From NCBI GenBank assembly GCA_051294375.1, contig CM119270.1:10629850-10693797 (forward strand): a stretch of DNA of 63,948 bases, written 5' to 3'. Origin of the DNA: Paraspadella gotoi (lineage: Eukaryota; Animalia; Chaetognatha). Position 1 is the first letter of the stretch. Every line of letters begins with the position of its first letter. This document shows positions 57,491-63,948 of this stretch, in pieces. Both the position numbers and the translations under genes were made by a program. The notes under the pieces were generated by a model that searched no databases, was not told the DNA's origin, and was given only the letters and a program-made list of their open reading frames with translations.

Positions 57491-60400
57491 ATCATCATTT
57501 CACTCTCTTCTCCTGCCCTTACCTCCTCTTCCCTCTTTCCCTCACCTTCCTTTCGGGGCTGAGCCTTTTTTTCAGCGGCCCAACGATGATGGTTATAACG
57601 CGTATGTGACCCCCTGATCGCAATTTTTTCCTATTATTTTCTTTTCTTCTTTTTCCTATAATTTTTTTTCTTTTCTTCTTTTTTCCTCAAATTTTTTTTC
57701 TTTTCCATATCATACCATTTTGGAGACCAGAAATCCAGCGGGAGTTTCCTTCTCTTCATCGAAAGAAGTGAGGCGGACCACAAAAGCTTCGAGAGACCGA
57801 AGACCAGCTTCACTTGTTTTCTTTCTGTCAACTTCTTTGTTTTTCTTTCTTTATTGTTCTTTCTGTTCTATTCTTCCTTTCTTTATTATTCTTCACTTTT
57901 TTTTTCTCGCTTAAATATTCGTTTTTCCTCTCCACCTGACTCTCTCCTTTTGAATTTGCGTCTCCTCACTTAGCAAAAAAATTTTTAAACTTATTTAATA
58001 AATTTTGTGCTCCGTGATCATTGTAATAATTTGACTTCAATTGCAAAACATTCTGCNNNNNNNNNNNNNNNNNNNNNNNNNACATTCTGCCCAACCAATA
58101 AATTAGCTTGAAAAAATAATAGCGTTTGAACTGTTTTTTGTGTTTTTATACGTGTTTTATTTTTCGACCGCGCCAAATATTAAAAGGATTTTTTACAAAA
58201 CAGAATCGTTGTGAAGGTACTGAGAGTAGTGAAGCAACAAAATAAATTTGACGCATCTTCTTGTTTCTATTTCTTAACCTCTGCATCGAAGACAACAACG
58301 ACCCATAGTCGTTGAGAACTTGCAATTATGGTTAGTGTCTCGACGAGAAGGTTAACCGATTAATCCCCGCTGATGCCAGTGAAAACATCATTGGACAACA
58401 TTAATGAAAAAGCACAATGAAGAAACTGGCGAAAATGACAAGTGCAACGTAGCCTTCTGAACAACAACAACAACGACGANNNNNNNNNNGACGACGACGA
58501 CGACGGCTTTAACCCATAAAAATCGATCTCGCTCGAGAAAAACGCGAAGGAAGAAAAAAAAAGAGGCTTTTGTCGCTTTTTTTTATGAGGGGAGGGACGA
58601 ATTGCGGAGGGGGGATGGTAGGGGTAGGGTGGGAGAGGGGGGAATGGGGGCAAGATGGTGGAGGGGTGGGCGAAGCTGACTCTGCGTTTTTTATCTTCGA
58701 CACTTCGTTTAGCGTCGATGTTTGTGACTGCAAGCGAGGCGAGATTCGGTTGGTTGGAAGTTAGGGTGCATGGAAATAAGGGCGTGGGAGGAATAGGGTA
58801 AGAGAAACGAAGGAATACGCGATTTGGAGAAAAAGTAGAATTTTGAATAGTCGGATAGAGAAAGGGATAGGGAAAGGGAAAGGTTGGATAACCTTTTCTT
58901 TCTTTGTGTCGGGTTCCTTTTATTTAATATTCCTAAATCTTCAGAATCTAGCAATAGGTCGACCTAAACTTCGTAATAACCCGTCGTTCGTACATCAAAG
59001 AATATCATTTANNNNNNNNNNNNNNNNNNNNNNNNNNNNNNNNNNNNNNNNNNNNNNNNNNNNNNNNNNNNNNNNNNNNNNNNNNNNNNNNNNNNNNNNN
59101 NNNNNNNNNNNNNNNNNNNNNNNNNNNNNNNNNNNNNNNNNNNNNNNNNNNNNNNNNNNNNNNNNNNNNNNNNNNNNNNNNNNNNNNNNNNNNNNNNNNN
59201 NNNNNNNNNNNNNNNNNNNNNNNNNNNNNNNNNNNNNNNNNNNNNNNNNNNNNNNNNNNNNNNNNNNNNNNNNNNNNNAAAAAAAAACGTTTCAAAAGGC
59301 TTTTTTTTTCGCTTGGCGATACTAAAACCAAGGCGTGACTTTCGGCCTTGACGTGGTAGTCGGCAACGACGTCGCTTACGCCGTTTATCGTTTCGCCTCG
59401 AAATTTTTCATCGTCGCTCTTTACCGTCATCATCGGCGTCGACTTCGTCATTGAGTCGATGGTGTCGGTTAGTTTTGGCGTTTCAGAGCTTGTCATTGCG
59501 TTGGCTTTGTCCATTGCCGTGCCCAGAATCTTTGTGTCGGCTTAAGTCGTTGGCGTAGGCTTCTCGATTGCGCGCGTTCGGCTTTGTCAGTTGAGTCGAT
59601 CGACGGGTGTCGGCTTAGTCGTTGGCGTCTGACGGGAGGTCCTGACTGCAGAAAATAGTCTCATCTTGCATGTTGCTTTGTTCCATTGAGTCCGATCTAA
59701 TCGTGTTCGGCTTAGCAGTTGGCACGTAGCTTTCCGGCAATCTAACTATTGGGGACCTGACGTTGCGCCGTTTGTCATTGAGTCGATGAGTGTCCGGCTT
59801 AGTGTTGGCGGTAGGCTTCGTCATTGGCGTTGGCTTTGTCCATTGAGTCGATTGGTGTCGTTCTAGTCTTGGCGTAGGCTTTGCGTTCATTTGGCGTTTG
59901 GCTTTTGTTCATTGAGTCGATGGTGTCCTAGTCGTTGGCGTAGGCTTGTTCATGGCGTTGGCTTTGTCATTGATGTCGATGGTGTCGGTCTTAGTCATGG
60001 CTAGGCTTTGTCATTGGCGTTGGCTTTGTCATTGAGTCGATGGTGTCGGTTAGTCTGTTGGAGGCTTGTCATTGGCGTAGTTGCCGGTTTCAATTGAAGT
60101 CGATGGTGTCGGACTTATGTCATTTGGCGTAGGCTTGTCATTGGCGTAGGCTTCGGTCATTTGAGTCGATGGTGTCGGTTTAGTCGTTGGCGTAGTCTTC
60201 GTCATTGGCGTGGACTTCGTTATTGAGGTCGGGTGCGTCATTGGCATTGTCTTCATCCTAATCTTAATGCTTGGCTTTTACTTTGTCAATATTGTCGTTT
60301 GTCATCAGCATTGGTTTTGTCATATGCGTTGACTTCATTAATGACATTGGATTATTCATTGGCAATGGCTACAATGCAGAAATCGGCTTGGTCAACCCCA

Positions 60401-60923
60401 TCTCTCGTTCAATAGCGTCAAATTCGTCTTTGCCATTGACTAACTCATTAATATCCACTTCATCAGTGTCTGGTTCGTGTCCTAAACGTCATCATTCGTC
60501 ATTCTGCTTCGATGTTGGCGTCGCCCTCGTCATTGGCATTGGCGTAATCGTCGTCGTTTCAAAAGCGACGCCTGGAGGACGCTTGTAACTTGGAGCGTCC
60601 TTTTTCAGTGAGAGCATGTTTCACTTTGTAGTGACTCAAATGACGAAGACGACCACAAAGACGACGACAAAGTCGACGACGGTGACCTTACCATTCACCA
60701 CTGGTGAATCTCACCACTCAACCGTTTAGTGGAGGAAAGTTCCTCACCCACGTTCCCAACGCTAATTCTGTTTTTTTTAATATTGTTGTATTTTCCTTTG
60801 TTATGATTTTAACTTTTTCTGTTTGTTATGGTTTTCAAACCATTACATGTAGATATTTGATTGCAAAAAAGCTTCTTATTTTTGCCAAAAAATAATCATT
60901 TGAAAGTCGCCACAACTTCACCC

Positions 60924-61270
60924 TTTTTTAGTTGCGCCGCGAGTACTCGCGGAATTACTCTATAAGTCACGTTTCGGTCAGTCGGTCGGTCGGTCCATCG
61001 GTCGGTATGTCTTTCTGTCGGTCTGTCCCACTTTCGTTAAAAATGCTCAGAACTTGCATATAATTGGTTGCTCATTTGTCAAGTCAGAAAAAACCATCAA
61101 ATCTAAAGAATAAAAAACAAAATTCCGATACAGAACGTGTCAGAAATACACGGGCTAAGAAAGTTATTGTAGTCATGTCATTTCATGTCATTTCGTGTCA
61201 TATCACGAGAAATATACGTGATAAGGCAGTCACTGCGGCGCAACATATTTGTATTACCGTTCTTGATTTT
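60924..61270 (+). mobile_element. Helentron/DINE-like element, family 2 (copy in the duplicated block), followed by (CTTT)n
   Basis: Subterminal IRs at 60931-60940 and 61235-61244; (GGTC)n at about 60975-61005. Confidence 0.55.
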
Positions 61271-61362
<92 letters not shown>

Positions 61363-62161
61363 TCCTTCTTTCTTTCTTTCTTTTCTCATCTTAATATATT
61401 CTCTGTTTCTCTTCGTCCGTTCTTCACCCACTATTCTTTTCTTTCTCTCTCTCCGTCTCTCTTCATTACTCCCCCTAGGAAAATTCCCCTCAAGAAAATT
61501 CTGTCTCGCTCTCCCTCTGCTTTATAAAGTTCATCACATGAATCTATGGCGTTCTCCCTGCCAATCCTCATCTCCGCCTCTCCCTCTTTATCTCTCTCTC
61601 TCTCTCTCCCTTTCAATCTTCACAGACGCCAAGCTGGCGACTTGCTTCAACCTTCACACATAATGGCTCACCAATTGGCAATTTAGTGGACCCCCAAGTT
61701 CCTGGAATGAATATATACGTAATATACACTCTCTCTCGCCTTTACAGCATTTTTTACTGTTTTCGGAGTTTTTCGTTTTCTGGTACGCAAAAAACTGCGA
61801 TGAGTAACATAAACAATATAGCAGTTACGTTACGTTCAAAGGCAAAATCAAATAAATCGTTTTTGTTGTTGTTCTATTTAAGAAACTCGTTGAATAAACG
61901 TCTTTAACGCAATTGTTTAAATAATAAATTAGATTTATTATAACATGAAAACTATACACATGAAGAATCCACATGGAATTTACAAATTTACAAACTGCTA
62001 ATTGTTACGCAAAAAAATCGCCCCGGTTGAGAACCAGTGACTTTGGCGCGGATTATCATCTCCCCTTTTCTCGACGCCACGAAAAATCAGGCGTTCGCTC
62101 GATCATCGGCGTCGACTTGAATTTTATGTGTCTACGTCTAGGATCTCAGAACTGCCGGACG

Positions 62162-62256
<95 letters not shown>

Positions 62257-63858
62257 CCGGGGGGAACAATTTGTTCGGGCGTTAGGAAAAGAGTGAGAGA
62301 GAGATTGAGATGTGGACAGAAGGAGACGGGGAGAGCTGGGGCAGAGGGAACAAAATATTATCGGATAATTTGCCGCGATATTATTTTCTCTGCCTCTCTA
62401 TCTCTCTTCTCCTGTTGTTTCTATCCCTCTCTCCTCTTTTCTTTCTCTGTCTCTATCCTTTCGGAATCGGATTTTCTTTGTTTCGCGCTAAACGGAAATA
62501 ACGTATTCCGTATTCATAACCGTCGGCGTCGATTTAAGGGGAATATTTTTTTACCCAGCGTTTATTTTTTTCTTCATTTAAGGGGGAATGATAAAAGGGT
62601 TCCCTCTCTCATCCCCTTAACGACCGTAAAAACCTACACTTCATTTATTTAATGAAAATCCGACATATCTTGCGTTTGGCTTTTTTATTCTTATTTAATG
62701 AAGTTTAACGACGTAAAATCGCACGATATATTTTTTACAATATTAGTTTTATTTCGTTTTTTATTTTTTTGGTTTTTCGCTCTTTAGAGAAGTTACAATT
62801 TTTATGAGGAACATAAAAAATGTTCATACCTAAAAACCCGTTATTGGGCTCAAGGCGATGTATTGTTTGAATATTATGAGACCTAAGCGGCGATGGGACG
62901 ATTCAGACTAAACATTTTTTTTAGGATAGAAACATGTTCGCTCTTCTCGAGAGTATGTAGTAGAGAAGTTGCAAAACCCTTTTAGTTATTGTTATGAGTC
63001 CTTCATTGTCTTGGTCCACATAAGTGTTTTATTCTCTCTATTTTCAATTGAATTTGTTTTCTTGTTTTCTTCAAGAATGTGCGTTCTCTAATTTAATGCC
63101 TCTATGGATACGGAGGGACATGTGTGATGCCTGGGGTGTGAGGCATCTCNNNNNNNNNNNNNNNNNNNNNNNNNNNNNNNNNNNNNNNNNNNNNNNNNNN
63201 NNNNNNNNNNNNNNNNNNNNNNNNNNNNNNNNNNNNNNNNNNNNNNNNNNNNNNNNNNNNNNNNNNNNNNNNNNNNNNNNNNNNNNNNNNNNNNNNNNNN
63301 NNNNNNNNNNNNNNNNNNNNNNNNNNNNNNNNNNNNNNNNNNNNNNNNNNNNNNNNNNNNNNNNNNNNNNNNNNNNNNNNNNNNNNNNNNNNNNNNNNNN
63401 NNNNNNNNNNNNNNNNNNNNNNNNNNNNNNNNNNNNNNNNNNNNNNNNNNNNNTTTATCCTATTGGTACAATACCTAAATTTCAAAATAAAACAAAGATA
63501 ATTTTTTTATCATCTAGAGACATCACTTTCAGTTGTACTCATTGCCTTACTCATTTATGGCTTATAGTTTAAGAAATCAGAGAAAAAGAAGGGAGAGATT
63601 CCACTAGACAAATTGTTAAAATTTACTAATTTTAGTTTCAAAAGCATTTATCTTTGTTGTACATTGCACAATGTATCATTTATTATTTATTTATCCTGTT
63701 TTCTCTCTCTTCTCTCCTCTCTCTAAAGTTTCACCTTCTTTTCACAACTTATTCAATCTGTCCTCACCTTGACCTGTCCTCTCATCTGACCACTATTCTG
63801 TCTCACCACTTTGTTTGGAAAAAACTTTTTACCCTATCTCTCTCTCTCTCTCATCTCT

Positions 63859-63891
<33 letters not shown>

Positions 63892-63922
63892 GTCTTCTTA
63901 TGCACAAATTTTAAAAACCCAT

Positions 63923-63948
63923 TCTGTCAAAAACGCTGATGAAGACTT
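63923..63948 (+). ncRNA. Start of a second, independent hammerhead-like motif cut off by the window end
   Basis: tctgtcaaaaacgCTGATGAAgactt versus tctgtcaaagcgCTGATGAAggctt at 36331-36355; both follow a CT-rich tract. This one lies outside the duplicated block. Confidence 0.45.

Larger units (their letters stand above)
41975..61619 (+). repeat. Direct duplicate of about 22773-41485 (about 19 kb), indel-riddled; probable long-read gap-fill artefact
   Basis: Collinear match from intron 6 of the protease through the receptor, CFAP36, the hammerhead and the minisatellite. Differences are mostly 1-2-nt insertions and homopolymer changes, spread over exons and introns alike. Confidence 0.9.

Noticed and set aside
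63455-63640. Possible GIY-YIG endonuclease C-terminus upstream of the terminal hammerhead-like motif
   Set aside because: Only a weak RKRRERF resemblance, interrupted by stops; not supportable.

Overview
Eukaryotic (animal, probably invertebrate) genomic DNA: AT-rich introns, GC-rich exons, many (AG/CT)n microsatellites and N gaps. By following splice sites and reading phase by hand I can assemble five intron-containing genes. (1) A castor/CASZ1 zinc-finger gene (+, 4311-10493, 5' end unresolved). (2) A ricin-B-lectin-like plus trypsin serine protease (+, about 20171-23193). (3) An NR1J/HR96-type nuclear receptor (-, 30718-25336). (4) A three-exon antisense gene for an unrecognised 142-aa membrane protein nested in a receptor intron (+, 26439-27249). 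(5) CFAP36 (-, 33491-31606). Intergenic DNA holds nested non-autonomous transposons (Helentron/DINE-like elements, hAT-like and TA-target MITEs, a tRNA-like SINE, a Tc1 remnant), a hairpin-rich segment split by a MITE, and a Penelope-type minimal hammerhead ribozyme motif (36337-36384) with a related partial copy at the window end. About 22773-41485 is repeated at about 41975-61619 as an indel-riddled copy, and 1-2635 is a noisy fold-back; both look more like long-read gap-fill artefacts than biology. All calls are from manual reading; no searches were run.
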